DNA from: an uncultured archaeon | Lineage (GTDB): Archaea; Thermoproteota; Nitrososphaeria_A; Caldarchaeales; Calditenuaceae | DNA length: 64,000 nt | NCBI GenBank assembly: GCA_938017985.1 | Contig: CALIKS010000001.1 | Coordinates: 277,348 to 341,347, forward strand | Direction of reading: 5' to 3' | Shown here: positions 46,393 to 56,422 of the stretch, in pieces | How positions within the stretch are numbered: position 1 is the stretch's first letter | How the letters are laid out: every line of letters begins with the position of its first letter | Made by a program: the position numbers and the translations under genes | Notes under the pieces: generated by a model | What the model was told of the DNA's origin: nothing | The model's input: only the letters and a program-made list of their open reading frames with translations | Database searches by the model: none

Positions 46393-47061
46393 TTGGACAA
46401 TTCAGCATACCTAAGCACTGGAATAGAGTCGTTGGACAGAGAGTTTAAAGGACTAAAACCAGGACTTATGTATCTAATTACTGGCGAAGAAAAAACTGGA
46501 AAGACAAGCCTAGCATTACAGATTGCGTGTATAGCAAGTAAAAAAAATGTTGAGACTTATTTACTAGATTGTGGTGGCAACCTGCATTATCTGAGGCTAT
46601 CAAAAATTGCCAGTTACTGGAGAGGCGACTTAACCAAGATAAAAATAGCATTTCCTCATAGCTTTAAAGAGCAAGAAAAGACCATAATATGGATAGCCGA
46701 TTCGGTGCCGAGCGGGACAGTTGTAATTATTGATGATTTTACTTATCTACATAGGGTCCATATGGTTGGCAACGTCGCTTTAGATAAGAGGCTCTTTCAT
46801 AGCCTATCATTTCAACTGGCATATCTAAAAGAGGCGTGTAGAACTCGTAACTTAACGGCTTTCATTATAAGTGATGTACATGATGTTCCTGGTGAGAGTA
46901 TTTCTAAGCCCGTCGCTTCTGCAATCACTACTTACTTTGCCGATACCCACATTTCTTTGCATAAAGTTGTTGGGGAATTAATGGAGTTAAAGATTCACAC
47001 AGTGAGTTCACGATCAGAATTCAAAGTAAGGATTCATGAAGGGGGAATAAAGGAAGCTTAG
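46393..47061 (+). CDS. RecA-superfamily ATPase, RadB/KaiC-like
   Basis: TGIESLDREFKGLKPGLMYLITGEEKTGKTSLALQIA (Walker A GxxxxGKT), hydrophobic strand plus acidic VVIIDDF (Walker B). About 220 aa as in RadB. TTG start. Confidence 0.55.
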   Translation: MDNSAYLSTGIESLDREFKGLKPGLMYLITGEEKTGKTSLALQIACIASKKNVETYLLDCGGNLHYLRLSKIASYWRGDLTKIKIAFPHSFKEQEKTIIWIADSVPSGTVVIIDDFTYLHRVHMVGNVALDKRLFHSLSFQLAYLKEACRTRNLTAFIISDVHDVPGESISKPVASAITTYFADTHISLHKVVGELMELKIHTVSSRSEFKVRIHEGGIKEA

Positions 47062-47100
47062 CTAAGTAGGCATGCATCTTATAAGAAAGATTAGCCATGA

Positions 47101-47475
47101 TTAGATTTTGCTCATTATTCCTGTTAATAATCCTGCAATTGAGAAAATAATAAGAAGCGCTGCTCCAAGTATTGCATACCTGTTTCCTCTTTCTGTGAAT
47201 CTTTTTCTAGTTGCTAAATAATAGAGGAATAATCCAGCAGTTCCCAATAGATAATAAACCAATATCACGATGAATTCTGCGTAAGTCTGGTACGCCATAC
47301 TCGGTGCATAAACCCTTACACCATATAATGGTATGGTCTCGGTAGTTAAGATTCTTACTACTCCGCTTATTATCGCAACTGTAACAACGACGATAATTAT
47401 CGCAACTAGTTCTTCGATTTTTTTAAACCATTCAAATGAAAGCAGCTTCATTGCTATTTCTTTTAGTTGTGGCAC
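47101..47475 (-). CDS. hypothetical membrane protein (3-4 TM)
   Basis: 124-aa hydrophobic ORF, divergent from aglB. Confidence 0.4.
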   Translation of the reverse strand: MPQLKEIAMKLLSFEWFKKIEELVAIIIVVVTVAIISGVVRILTTETIPLYGVRVYAPSMAYQTYAEFIVILVYYLLGTAGLFLYYLATRKRFTERGNRYAILGAALLIIFSIAGLLTGIMSKI

Positions 47476-47600
47476 TCCTGATCGATTTAATTATTTTATC
47501 GGCGATATAAATGAGTATCGAGATGTAGGCGCTCCGAGACTGTATACTTTATTATTTGGTTTTCCGCGTTTTATATAAGCTACAAGGTGACGGCACCGAA

Positions 47601-49718
47601 ATGTCTCAAGTGAATTTAGCTGGCTTGAAGAAAGTATTCATCAGATTTGATAAAATTATCGGAGGTAGGATAAACTTCTTGGAGACTGCTATTTTATTAA
47701 TCGCAATATCTACTGGCGTTATCATCAGGATATTACCATCAAGATGGGGATTTTTATTGAGCGAGTTTGACCCGTGGTGGCATTATAAGGTTGCTGAGCT
47801 GATCGTCGAAAGAGGCTGGGGAGGCTTCTCTGAATTCACCAAAATAATAGTTACTAATAGTTGGTATCCCACCGGGATAAAGATTGGCAAAGTCTTCTAT
47901 CCTGGAGTCTCTTTCACATTAGCGTTTATTTATCTTTCATTGTCGTCTCTCGGCGTGCATGTAAACATGCTAGAGTTGGCCTCACTTTTACCGCCAATAT
48001 ACGGAGCCGTAGCAATAATAGTAACGTTTCTCTTAGCAAAGAAAATCATCGGAACGAAGGGTGCACTTGCCTCCGCATTGTTATTAGCGATAAGTGCTGC
48101 GAACATCTCGAGGACTCATTTAGGATGGTTTGATGACGAGGCATTATCAATACCATTGATGCATGGCGCATATTTGTCTTATTTGGTGGCTATTGATAGT
48201 AAACGTAGTCTCCGCGGTTCGTTGCTGTATGGCTTACTTAGTGGATTACTATTAGGATATATGTCTGCAAGTTGGGGAGCTCACAAGTTTCCGTTAATGC
48301 TTATCCCGCTATTTACAGGGATTCTAGTATTCATCGGCAGGTATACTCGAAGATTATTGGTTGCCTATGCTGCCTCATTGATTACTTATACTCTAATAGC
48401 AATAAATGTTCCTAAACTTGGATATGCCTATCTCAAGGAAATAACAATAGTCTCAGGCTTCGTCATACTCGCATATCTAATAATTACTGAACTATGTTAT
48501 AGATATCTCAGCCAAAGTGACAGGATTTTAGTGATTAGAGGCGGCGCTCTTCTAGCCGCATTGATAGTCATAGTAATGACGGCGCTTGGCATCATTGGTC
48601 TACCTGGATTAAAATTCTTCTCAGTATTAGCGCCTTGGCTGAGAGGTGAGCTACCAATTGTCCAGTCAGTAGCTGAAAACCAGACTGCCACTTGGGCTAC
48701 ACTCTTCCAAGACTTCGGGCCCACTCTTTTTTTGGCGCCTTTTGGCATGTATCTACTCTTCAAGAAAAGGACGGATGGTGCGGTCTTCCTAGTGCTATAC
48801 GCCGTGTTGTCTCTTTACTTTGCTTCTAGCATAGTTAGGCTGGCTCTGCCCGTCTCTCCACTAGTCGCCATACTGGCCGGCTATTCTATAGCCTACACAC
48901 TAGAAATTAGCAGTAAATCTATCATGATGCGTGGCATTAAAAGAAAGCCTGAGCAGTCTCCTGCGATTTTAGCTGTGCCACTAATACTGATAATAGCAAT
49001 ATCGATTTACTACATGCCCCAAGGATTGGGGAATCCAGTTCCACTATCATCAATTGATTTTTCATATGTCCCGGCGACAGTAATGACGAGCAGTCTCCCA
49101 ACTAAAAGCCCGATTAATGACTGGGCAAGAACAATTGAGTGGATGCGCAACAATCTACCAGATAATGCAGTAATAGCGGCGTGGTGGGACTATGGAAACT
49201 GGATATCAATACTTGGAAATAAGACCTCCATCATCGATAACACCACTATAGACAGCAAGAGAATTGCGAAGATTGGATACGCCTTCTTGTCTCCAGAAAA
49301 TGTAAGTTACAGAATTTTTAAAGAAATGGGAGCGACGCATGTATTAATCTTCGTAACTCATCGACCGCCATATGGCGAGTATCCTGGACAGCTCCTATAC
49401 TATGGAGATGAGTCTAAGTGGTATTGGATGCTCAAGATAGCTAACCAGGAGGCAAGCAGCCTCGGATATCCATCGATAGAGGAAAATAGCCTACTTGGGC
49501 CTGGCGGCGATCCGACAAATCCCACCAATAAATTCTGGACCGAGACGACGATTGGGCGGCTGATTCCCTATAAACCACAGACAGTCATGATAGGTAGTTC
49601 ATTATCATATTCTTATGTTTACGAGGAGCCCCGTCTTACTCACTATAGACTGATCTATTCCTCAAGTCCACCTTACTCGAGCATCGCATATGTATACATC
49701 TACGAGATAGTAGATTAG
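47601..49718 (+). CDS. aglB: archaeal oligosaccharyltransferase AglB (STT3 family)
   Basis: About 13 TM helices, the first-loop DP/acidic motif (EFDPWWHY), and the catalytic WWDYGNWIS (WWDYG) motif. ATG 47601 is preferred over the ORF-track TTG 47556. Confidence 0.85.
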   Translation: MSQVNLAGLKKVFIRFDKIIGGRINFLETAILLIAISTGVIIRILPSRWGFLLSEFDPWWHYKVAELIVERGWGGFSEFTKIIVTNSWYPTGIKIGKVFYPGVSFTLAFIYLSLSSLGVHVNMLELASLLPPIYGAVAIIVTFLLAKKIIGTKGALASALLLAISAANISRTHLGWFDDEALSIPLMHGAYLSYLVAIDSKRSLRGSLLYGLLSGLLLGYMSASWGAHKFPLMLIPLFTGILVFIGRYTRRLLVAYAASLITYTLIAINVPKLGYAYLKEITIVSGFVILAYLIITELCYRYLSQSDRILVIRGGALLAALIVIVMTALGIIGLPGLKFFSVLAPWLRGELPIVQSVAENQTATWATLFQDFGPTLFLAPFGMYLLFKKRTDGAVFLVLYAVLSLYFASSIVRLALPVSPLVAILAGYSIAYTLEISSKSIMMRGIKRKPEQSPAILAVPLILIIAISIYYMPQGLGNPVPLSSIDFSYVPATVMTSSLPTKSPINDWARTIEWMRNNLPDNAVIAAWWDYGNWISILGNKTSIIDNTTIDSKRIAKIGYAFLSPENVSYRIFKEMGATHVLIFVTHRPPYGEYPGQLLYYGDESKWYWMLKIANQEASSLGYPSIEENSLLGPGGDPTNPTNKFWTETTIGRLIPYKPQTVMIGSSLSYSYVYEEPRLTHYRLIYSSSPPYSSIAYVYIYEIVD

Positions 49719-49791
49719 AGTTAAGAATCATCTTCTCCTTACAGAAATACTTAAGTAAAGTTGGTACAACTTTAACGATTGATGATGTAGG

Positions 49792-50946
49792 ATGATTGAG
49801 AGAGAGCTCCTTATGATACCCGGGCCGACGAACGTTGACCCAAGAGTTTTGCGCGCACTGTGTAGACCACCCTTGTCACATGTCAGTATAGAGTTTGCCG
49901 AGATATTCAAAAATGCTCTGAGTAATTTGAAGCAAGTCTTCATGACGAATGGTGAGGTTTTCGCGATTGCTGGTTCCGGAACTCTCGCACTAGAAATGGC
50001 GATAGCAAACGTGGTCGAGCCCGGCGACAAAGTGCTTAACTGTGTCTCTGGATATTTTGGTCATTACTTTGTCGAGATATCAAAGGTTTTCGGAGCTGTG
50101 CCAAGCGTCTTGGAGGTATCTTGGGGCAGCTCTATTAAGCCAGAGATGGTTGAGGATGCCTTGAGGAAGGATAACTATAAGGCAGTAACCGTTACACATG
50201 TCGAGACCTCAACAGGCGTGGCAAATCCTATCAAGGAGATAGGCGAGGTCGTCAAAAAGTATGGTGATACTTTCTACATTGTTGACACCGTTGCATCGCT
50301 TGGCGGAATGGAGGTCCGCGTCGACGATTGGGGAATAGATATTTGCGCCTCTGGTTCTCAGAAGTGTATCGGTGTTCCTCCAGGCCTAGCACTAATCGCA
50401 GTGGGCAGAAAAACCTTGGAGTATCTGGATAGGCGTAAGTCTACAATAGGCACTTGGTATGGAAGCTTCAAGAATTGGCTTCCAATAATGAGAGACCCAA
50501 CAAAATACTTTGCTACACCTGCTGTAAACATGATTTATGCACTTGACGAGTCGTTAAAACTAATTCTTGACGAGGGACTAGAAGATAGATTTAAGAGACA
50601 CCGCGTGATGGCCGAGGCTTTCAGAGCAGCTATCACGGCACTAGGACTAAGACTCGTGGCAGAGGAGAGATATGCATCCGACACGGTCTCTGCAGTCTAT
50701 TACCCAGAGAATGTTGATGACGGCAAGTTTAGGTCAGAGATGAAGAAGTGTGGAATAATTGTCGCCGGTATGCTTGGACCGCTGAGGGGAAAAGGCTTCA
50801 GGGTTGGACACATGGGAAACGTAAATCAAAACGACATATTATCCATGATAACCGCCATAGAAACATCTCTAAGAAAACTGGGACACAGTACAGAACTGGG
50901 AAGAGGCGTAGCAGCGGCCCAAGAAAAGCTAGTTAATTTCACATAA
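49792..50946 (+). CDS. class-V PLP aminotransferase (serine-pyruvate / alanine-glyoxylate type)
   Basis: LMIPGPT, THVETSTGV, DTVASLGG, SGSQKCIGVPPGL (PLP Lys), GFRVGHMG. Confidence 0.8.
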   Translation: MIERELLMIPGPTNVDPRVLRALCRPPLSHVSIEFAEIFKNALSNLKQVFMTNGEVFAIAGSGTLALEMAIANVVEPGDKVLNCVSGYFGHYFVEISKVFGAVPSVLEVSWGSSIKPEMVEDALRKDNYKAVTVTHVETSTGVANPIKEIGEVVKKYGDTFYIVDTVASLGGMEVRVDDWGIDICASGSQKCIGVPPGLALIAVGRKTLEYLDRRKSTIGTWYGSFKNWLPIMRDPTKYFATPAVNMIYALDESLKLILDEGLEDRFKRHRVMAEAFRAAITALGLRLVAEERYASDTVSAVYYPENVDDGKFRSEMKKCGIIVAGMLGPLRGKGFRVGHMGNVNQNDILSMITAIETSLRKLGHSTELGRGVAAAQEKLVNFT

Positions 50947-50978
50947 GTAATTTTATTTTAAAAAGGAAATTTATACGA

Positions 50979-51050
50979 AAGCCCGGGAGGGGATTCGAAC
51001 CCCTGTAAAGCGGCTCTGCAGGCCGCCGCCTAGCCGCTCGGCCACCCGGG
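50979..51050 (-). tRNA. tRNA-Cys (anticodon GCA)
   Basis: Hand fold. Acceptor GCCCGGG/CCCGGGC with discriminator U, anticodon stem GCGGC/GCCGC, loop CTGCAGA, T arm AGGGG-TTCGAAT-CCCCT. 72 nt. Confidence 0.9.
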
Positions 51051-51105
51051 CCAGAAATTCCTAGGAAAAACACTAATAAAAAGATTAACACTTGTTTGGT
51101 TAAGG

Positions 51106-51209
51106 TGCGGGGGTAGCCAAGTCTGGCCAAAGGCGACGGGCTTAAGATCATTGAAATGGGGAGATACCCGTTCCCGTAGGGGTTCGTGGGTTCGAATCCC
51201 ACCCCCCGC
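51106..51209 (+). tRNA. tRNA-Leu (anticodon UAA) with a 19-nt intron at the canonical 37/38 position (about 51146..51164)
   Basis: Acceptor GCGGGGG/CCCCCGC with discriminator A, D arm GCC..GGC. Anticodon stem ACGGG...CCCGT is interrupted after CTTAAG by ATCATTGAAATGGGGAGAT. Long variable arm TCCCGTAGGGGTTC, T arm GTGGG-TTCGAAT-CCCAC. Confidence 0.85.
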
Positions 51210-51344
51210 ATTAAGTCGCGAGCTCTGAATTTTTGATCTGTTTAGTTGTGATGACTATTTAGAGATTGGAGTACGGATGATGTGTGGGAAGGCTCTTCGT
51301 CAAAATAAAAATTTTAAAATAACTGCTTAACTATAAAGCATTAA

Positions 51345-51974
51345 ATGCGAAAAAGTTACTATGAATTATCGACGACTAGGTTTCCAAGTAAGTATTGGCA
51401 TATGAAAATTATCAATACTGCTAGAATCATGCTAATTAGACAGAGAGTAGCTGGACCGATACTTGATCTGGGCTGTGGTGACGGCGTCAGAGTACGATTA
51501 ATATTTGGCGAGCATATAGAGATTCACGGTGTAGATAATGATCCAGAAATGGTTGAGTTTGCTAAGAAGAGACTAAACAAAGTGTATCTAAGTAGCGTAG
51601 AGAATATTCCCCAAGAAATTCTTGATAACAAGTATAACACTATAGTTTTAATGGAGAGTCTAGAACATATTCCGAATGTTGAAACGGTTCTAAAAATTGC
51701 TAATAAGTTACTGGCTGATAATGGATTATTAATAGTCATCATTCCTTTAGAAACTGTATTGTTTAGAATTATCTGGTGGTTATGGACAATGACTATGGGA
51801 AAGAGATGGCGAAAGACCCATCTCACAAGGTTTAAATCAGCACAACAATTATTTTCAATGCTTGAAAATTGGTTCAAGATCCTAGATTATAAAAAGATAA
51901 ATCTAGGATGTATTCTCATAACGATTTGTGGGAAAAATGTTTCCGAAAGTCGGGCAGACATAACTCGTATATAG
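51345..51974 (+). CDS. class I SAM-dependent methyltransferase
   Basis: ILDLGCGDGVR (motif I), HGVDNDPEMV, IVLMESLEHIP. Confidence 0.7.
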   Translation: MRKSYYELSTTRFPSKYWHMKIINTARIMLIRQRVAGPILDLGCGDGVRVRLIFGEHIEIHGVDNDPEMVEFAKKRLNKVYLSSVENIPQEILDNKYNTIVLMESLEHIPNVETVLKIANKLLADNGLLIVIIPLETVLFRIIWWLWTMTMGKRWRKTHLTRFKSAQQLFSMLENWFKILDYKKINLGCILITICGKNVSESRADITRI

Positions 51975-51977
51975 TAT

Positions 51978-52802
51978 TTATGACTTTACCGCACCCATTG
52001 TTAGACCTTTGATTAGGTATTTCTGCACGAATGTTATGAAGAGGAATGCAGGTATCATTGAGACTGTGGTTATAGCAGCCATTATCGGCCAGTCTAGTTT
52101 ATGCGTACCTGAGAGTGCTGTTATTAATACTGGGACCGTTCGGGCGTCCCTCGAAGTCAGGATAAACGCCATTAGGAACTCGTTCCATGCGAGTACGAAC
52201 GTAAGTATGCTTGCTGAAGCTATCATTGGCACGGCGTTTGGAAGAATAATTCTTAATAGCGCGGTTGTCTTTGTCGCTCCATCTATAAGGGCCGATTCTT
52301 CGAGCTCCTTTGGGAGTTCCTCAAAAGTGATTTTGAGGAGCCACGTAGTAAACGGTATAGCGAAGACTAGATAGGTTATTGCGACTGCCCATATTGTATC
52401 GATGAGTTTTAGATAATACATGATTACGAAGTATGGAACTATCACTGCGAATGCAGGCGCCATCCTAACAGAGATTATCCAGAATCCAACGTTTCTTCCG
52501 ACTGCATTGTTCAATCTTGAGAGTGAATATGCAGCGGGAACTGCTAGGGCTAATGACACCGTTACCGTTATTGCTGAGATGCTTAAGCTGTTGAAGAATG
52601 CATTCATGAGTTGTCCGCCGAAGAATAGTCTTCGATAATTATCAAATGTCGGTTCAAATATTAGGGGGGGCGGAATCTGGAAAATTTGGTACATCGTCTT
52701 GAACGAAGCAATTATTAGCCAAGCTATTGGGAAGACAACTATAATGCATGCTATTATCGCAAGCACATGTAAAAGAATTGACCTAACCATGTTATGCTGC
52801 AT
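51978..52802 (-). CDS. carbohydrate ABC transporter permease (MalG-type)
   Basis: 6 TM helices. EAA loop EESALIDGATKTTALLRIILPNA. Confidence 0.8.
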   Translation of the reverse strand: MQHNMVRSILLHVLAIIACIIVVFPIAWLIIASFKTMYQIFQIPPPLIFEPTFDNYRRLFFGGQLMNAFFNSLSISAITVTVSLALAVPAAYSLSRLNNAVGRNVGFWIISVRMAPAFAVIVPYFVIMYYLKLIDTIWAVAITYLVFAIPFTTWLLKITFEELPKELEESALIDGATKTTALLRIILPNAVPMIASASILTFVLAWNEFLMAFILTSRDARTVPVLITALSGTHKLDWPIMAAITTVSMIPAFLFITFVQKYLIKGLTMGAVKS

Positions 52803-52809
52803 CTTCTCA

Positions 52810-53658
52810 TCACCTGCTAATAGACCTGATTAACGGCATGCTTAGGAACATGACAATTAGTAGGAGGATAACACCTATTGCTGAAGCTGTTCCTACGTCA
52901 AAGTAGTAAAAGCCAACTTTCCAGCCCAGCATTGGTAAAGTATGTGTCGCCATTCCCGGACCGCCTTTCGTCATCACGAATATCACGTCGAAGCTGTTAA
53001 ACGCATCTATCGTCCTTAGAATGGCAGCTACGATTAGTGGTTTTTTCATGTTAGGAAGCGTGATGGAGCGAAAGGTCTGCCATCCACCTGCTCCATCGAT
53101 CTTTGCAGATTCATAATATATTGGCGGTATTCCGGCGAGACCAGCGAGAAAAATTAAGAATGGTAGTGGCGTCTTTCCCCAAATGTCAGCGATGATTACT
53201 GACATTAATGCTAGTGTCGGGTCTCCGAGCAGGCTGAGGCCGCCTAAACCAATGAGACGCATGAAGTATGCACCTATGACGCCCACCTCGCTGCTGAGGA
53301 GGAATTTCCAAGTAAATCCTACAACTACTGGTGGAAGAACTATGGGCAGAACAATAATGGTCCTCATGATTCTTTTGCCGCGTAGATTCTCGCTGAACAA
53401 TAATGCTAGGCCAAGCCCCAGTGTCAAAGAACAGACTACTGATGCTGCGCTAAATATCAAAGTCACGATTAGGGAGGTTGAGAAGTCTGATGACTGGATA
53501 AGCTTGATGTAGTTATCGACTCCTACGAATAAAGGCCCGGTCGGGTCTCTTAGGAACCATTTTAGTAGACTCGTGTAAAACAGATAAAACGTAGGAGCCG
53601 CGACGAGGAATGCTAGCACTCCCACAGCGGGCAAAAGCAGTCTATATTCTTCCCTCAT
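52810..53658 (-). CDS. carbohydrate ABC transporter permease (MalF-type)
   Basis: 6 TM helices. EAA loop YESAKIDGAGGWQTFRSITLPNM. Confidence 0.8.
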   Translation of the reverse strand: MREEYRLLLPAVGVLAFLVAAPTFYLFYTSLLKWFLRDPTGPLFVGVDNYIKLIQSSDFSTSLIVTLIFSAASVVCSLTLGLGLALLFSENLRGKRIMRTIIVLPIVLPPVVVGFTWKFLLSSEVGVIGAYFMRLIGLGGLSLLGDPTLALMSVIIADIWGKTPLPFLIFLAGLAGIPPIYYESAKIDGAGGWQTFRSITLPNMKKPLIVAAILRTIDAFNSFDVIFVMTKGGPGMATHTLPMLGWKVGFYYFDVGTASAIGVILLLIVMFLSMPLIRSISR

Positions 53659-53716
53659 TTTTGTTTTGACACCAATTAGAAATAATTAAAAAAATTACCT
53701 AAAGTACCTTTGTTTC

Positions 53717-55270
53717 TTAGGTGTAGTATCCTCTACTAGTCATTAGCTCTGTAGCCCACTTCTGTAGCTCTGATAACGCTGACTCTACGGTCTTTGCTCC
53801 TGCGACTACCTCGGAGGCCGTTGTGCCTATCTTGTCCATGAATAAGTCTAGCTCAGGGAGGTATGGGAAATATATTGCAGGATTCTCTAGTACTGAGCGC
53901 TCATTAAGCTCTATCTCCTCTATTCCATACTTCTTTATCAATGGGTACGAGTATAGGACAGACCTCATAGTCACGTTGGGCCATCCAGTCCTCTCAGCGA
54001 ATGCCTCCATGGACTTACGTCCAGTCAAGTATGTGAGTACACGCCACGCTGCTTCCTTATTCTTTGAGAATTTATTGATGCCTAGTGAGAAGGTCCAGTA
54101 GCTGTTTATCCTCTTCTTGCCTGGACCGAAGGGTGTCTGCATAAACTTGGTATACTTCTTCACGTTTTCATCCTCAGTTATTCCCAATGCCGCATAGCCA
54201 TTAATAGCTGAGGGCATCAGAATCACTGCCTTCCCCATAGCGTAATTATTCATCATGTCGACCCATGTGTGAGTAGAGGCGCCTGGCGGACAGAAACGCT
54301 TCGCCCAGTCCGTGAAGGCTCTGAACCCGGCCTCAAAGTCTGATGAGTCAAATATTGGCTTGGCCTTTTTGTTCTTAATCTCTCCCGGCCAGATTGCTCC
54401 TCCTTCGAACCACGCTGGATAGCCGGCGTATGCATAGATGAATCCCGCTAAGTCGAGTGTTGGCTCCTCTCCTGGTCCTGCCCTCATCGTGAGTGGATAC
54501 ACGTCTGTTATGCCGTCACGCCTAAGTCCCTCAAGTATCTTCTCCATCGCTATTTCTAGGTCATCAGTGGTCCAGTTCTCTTTCGGCAGTTCTGCGCCGT
54601 ACTTCTCAAAGATGTCTCGTCTATATATGACGCCGGGGCCGAATGAGTAGTATGGAAGTGCGTAAAGTGTTCCCTCTATCCTGTTGGCGTCTAGGAACGG
54701 TGGGTAGACATCATTCGGGTCGAAGTAGTCCTGTGGATACCTCTTGAAATATTCATCAAGCGGCTCTAAGTATCCTGCGTAGCCATATGCTTGGACAGGG
54801 CCGTCGCTTCCAACAAGAACTATGTCGTACTTACCTACTTGAGCCATTACGTCCGCTGCTACTTTTTCCCTAACTGCCCACTCGTCTCCCCACTCAATAG
54901 TGACGTCGACGTTCTCTGAGGCCTCAAATCTCTTTAACAGGTCTGTCTCGATTGTTCCATCTGGGCCGAACAGCTCAGGCCATGCAAAACCCTGTGCGAA
55001 CGCTATAACGTTTATCTTTGTCTTCTCCCTTGGTGGACCAGTCACTAATTGCGTTACTGTTCTCTCAACCGTTGTAGTCACTGTCTGAGCAGGGCCACCA
55101 ACAGTCTGAGTCACAGTCCGGACTACCTCAGGTGCCTCTGGTTTTGCGACCCATCCTATTGCTGCGCCTATTGCTAATCCTCCGATGATGCCTCCGATGG
55201 TCCCAAGCATAGCTCTTCTCGAAACTCTAGATTCCTGACTAGCCATAGCGAAATTATATAATTTTTCCAC
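53717..55270 (-). CDS. ABC transporter extracellular solute-binding protein (sugar type), membrane-anchored with a Thr/Val-rich linker
   Basis: N-terminal RRAMLGTIGGIIGGLAIGAAIGW anchor. TVTQTVGGPAQTVTTTVERTVTQ linker typical of archaeal SBPs. Family-1 SBP-like body. First gene of the ABC operon; no ATPase gene is present. Confidence 0.75.
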   Translation of the reverse strand: MEKLYNFAMASQESRVSRRAMLGTIGGIIGGLAIGAAIGWVAKPEAPEVVRTVTQTVGGPAQTVTTTVERTVTQLVTGPPREKTKINVIAFAQGFAWPELFGPDGTIETDLLKRFEASENVDVTIEWGDEWAVREKVAADVMAQVGKYDIVLVGSDGPVQAYGYAGYLEPLDEYFKRYPQDYFDPNDVYPPFLDANRIEGTLYALPYYSFGPGVIYRRDIFEKYGAELPKENWTTDDLEIAMEKILEGLRRDGITDVYPLTMRAGPGEEPTLDLAGFIYAYAGYPAWFEGGAIWPGEIKNKKAKPIFDSSDFEAGFRAFTDWAKRFCPPGASTHTWVDMMNNYAMGKAVILMPSAINGYAALGITEDENVKKYTKFMQTPFGPGKKRINSYWTFSLGINKFSKNKEAAWRVLTYLTGRKSMEAFAERTGWPNVTMRSVLYSYPLIKKYGIEEIELNERSVLENPAIYFPYLPELDLFMDKIGTTASEVVAGAKTVESALSELQKWATELMTSRGYYT

Positions 55271-55311
55271 TATAAAAATTTTTATAATACATAACTTCTA
55301 CAATAATTTGT

Positions 55312-56313
55312 ATGGCACATGTAATTAGGTTTGGCGTTATTGGACTAGGTGATTTCGGCGAGCGCCATGTACAGGCTTTAAAGAGTATTGCTGGTGTTGA
55401 AGTTGTAGCTGTCTGTTCACGTACGAGGAGCCGCGCTGAAGAGGTCGCGAAGAGATATGGAGTAAAGAAGTGGTACACAGAGAGGGAGAAGCTCGTTAAG
55501 GATGAGGAGGTGGATGCAATAACTATTGCTACTGCTGATGATGACCATGTCGAGCCAACGATTCTAGCCGCGGATGCGGGGAAACCAGCATTGCTTGAGA
55601 AACCCATGGCGACAACTCTTGAAGATGCAGATAAGATAATCAGAGCCGTCAAGAGGAGCAATATTATCTTTATGGTGGGACACATCTTGAGGTTCGACAA
55701 GCGCTACAGAATTGTCTGGAAGATGTCTAGGGATGGAAAACTGGGCAGGATCGGCTCAATGTATGCAAGGAGGATAGGCCGGCAAAAGGCTGCGAGTATC
55801 TTTCTCAACAGGGTCTCAGCGCCAGTTCAGACAGGTGTCCACGACATAGACATAATGAGGTGGATAGCTGGTAGAGAGGTAGTTCAGGTTGTCGGCTTCG
55901 CGGCTAGGAGAATGAATTATAAGTATCCAGACATTTTCTGGACTGTCATGAAGTTTGATGACGACTCGCTTGGCATTGTTGAGAATGGATTCATGCTCAG
56001 CGACAGCTACCCACACTTCATTGATTCTCAGCTTGAAGTTATTGCTGAAAAAGCAACGATACAGATACTGACCCCGGGCGAGTACTTCTCGATTTACAGC
56101 TCCGAGGGTGCTGATAAGCCAGACGTCACGTACTGGCCGAGAATGAATGAGCATGCGGAGGGCGCATTGAGAGATGAGCTAGAGTACTTCGCCAGATGTG
56201 TAGCTGAGGGGAGGCAACCAGAAGTCATTCCCATTGAAGACGCTAGAAGGGCGCTAGAAATCGCGATTATGGCGATGAAATCCGCCGAGACAGGTGCTGC
56301 GATCCACATATAA
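55312..56313 (+). CDS. Gfo/Idh/MocA-family NAD(P)-dependent oxidoreductase
   Basis: IRFGVIGLGDFGERHVQAL Rossmann start, EKPMATTLEDADKII motif, C-terminal alpha/beta domain. Confidence 0.8.
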   Translation: MAHVIRFGVIGLGDFGERHVQALKSIAGVEVVAVCSRTRSRAEEVAKRYGVKKWYTEREKLVKDEEVDAITIATADDDHVEPTILAADAGKPALLEKPMATTLEDADKIIRAVKRSNIIFMVGHILRFDKRYRIVWKMSRDGKLGRIGSMYARRIGRQKAASIFLNRVSAPVQTGVHDIDIMRWIAGREVVQVVGFAARRMNYKYPDIFWTVMKFDDDSLGIVENGFMLSDSYPHFIDSQLEVIAEKATIQILTPGEYFSIYSSEGADKPDVTYWPRMNEHAEGALRDELEYFARCVAEGRQPEVIPIEDARRALEIAIMAMKSAETGAAIHI

Positions 56314-56422
56314 GTGATGTCTACTCAAGCTTTATTGATATGTTTTTGCTCTCCGAATAAAACTTCCCTATCTGATTAGACAACAACTGTATAGAGTATG
56401 GAGTAATGCATGGTCTGAATTA

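Noticed and set aside
50939-51211. 90-aa ORF in the ORF track
   Set aside because: It is composed of the reverse complement of tRNA-Leu and the sense strand of the tRNA-Cys locus. The tRNA folds explain the sequence.
51248-51300. C/D-box-like layout after tRNA-Leu: GTGATGA, 12 nt, TGGA, 4 nt, ATGATGT, 12 nt
   Set aside because: No CUGA D box follows the second guide (the sequence continues ttcgtcaaaat). The only nearby CTGA (51224-51227) is upstream of the C box. Without the D box a kink-turn cannot form.
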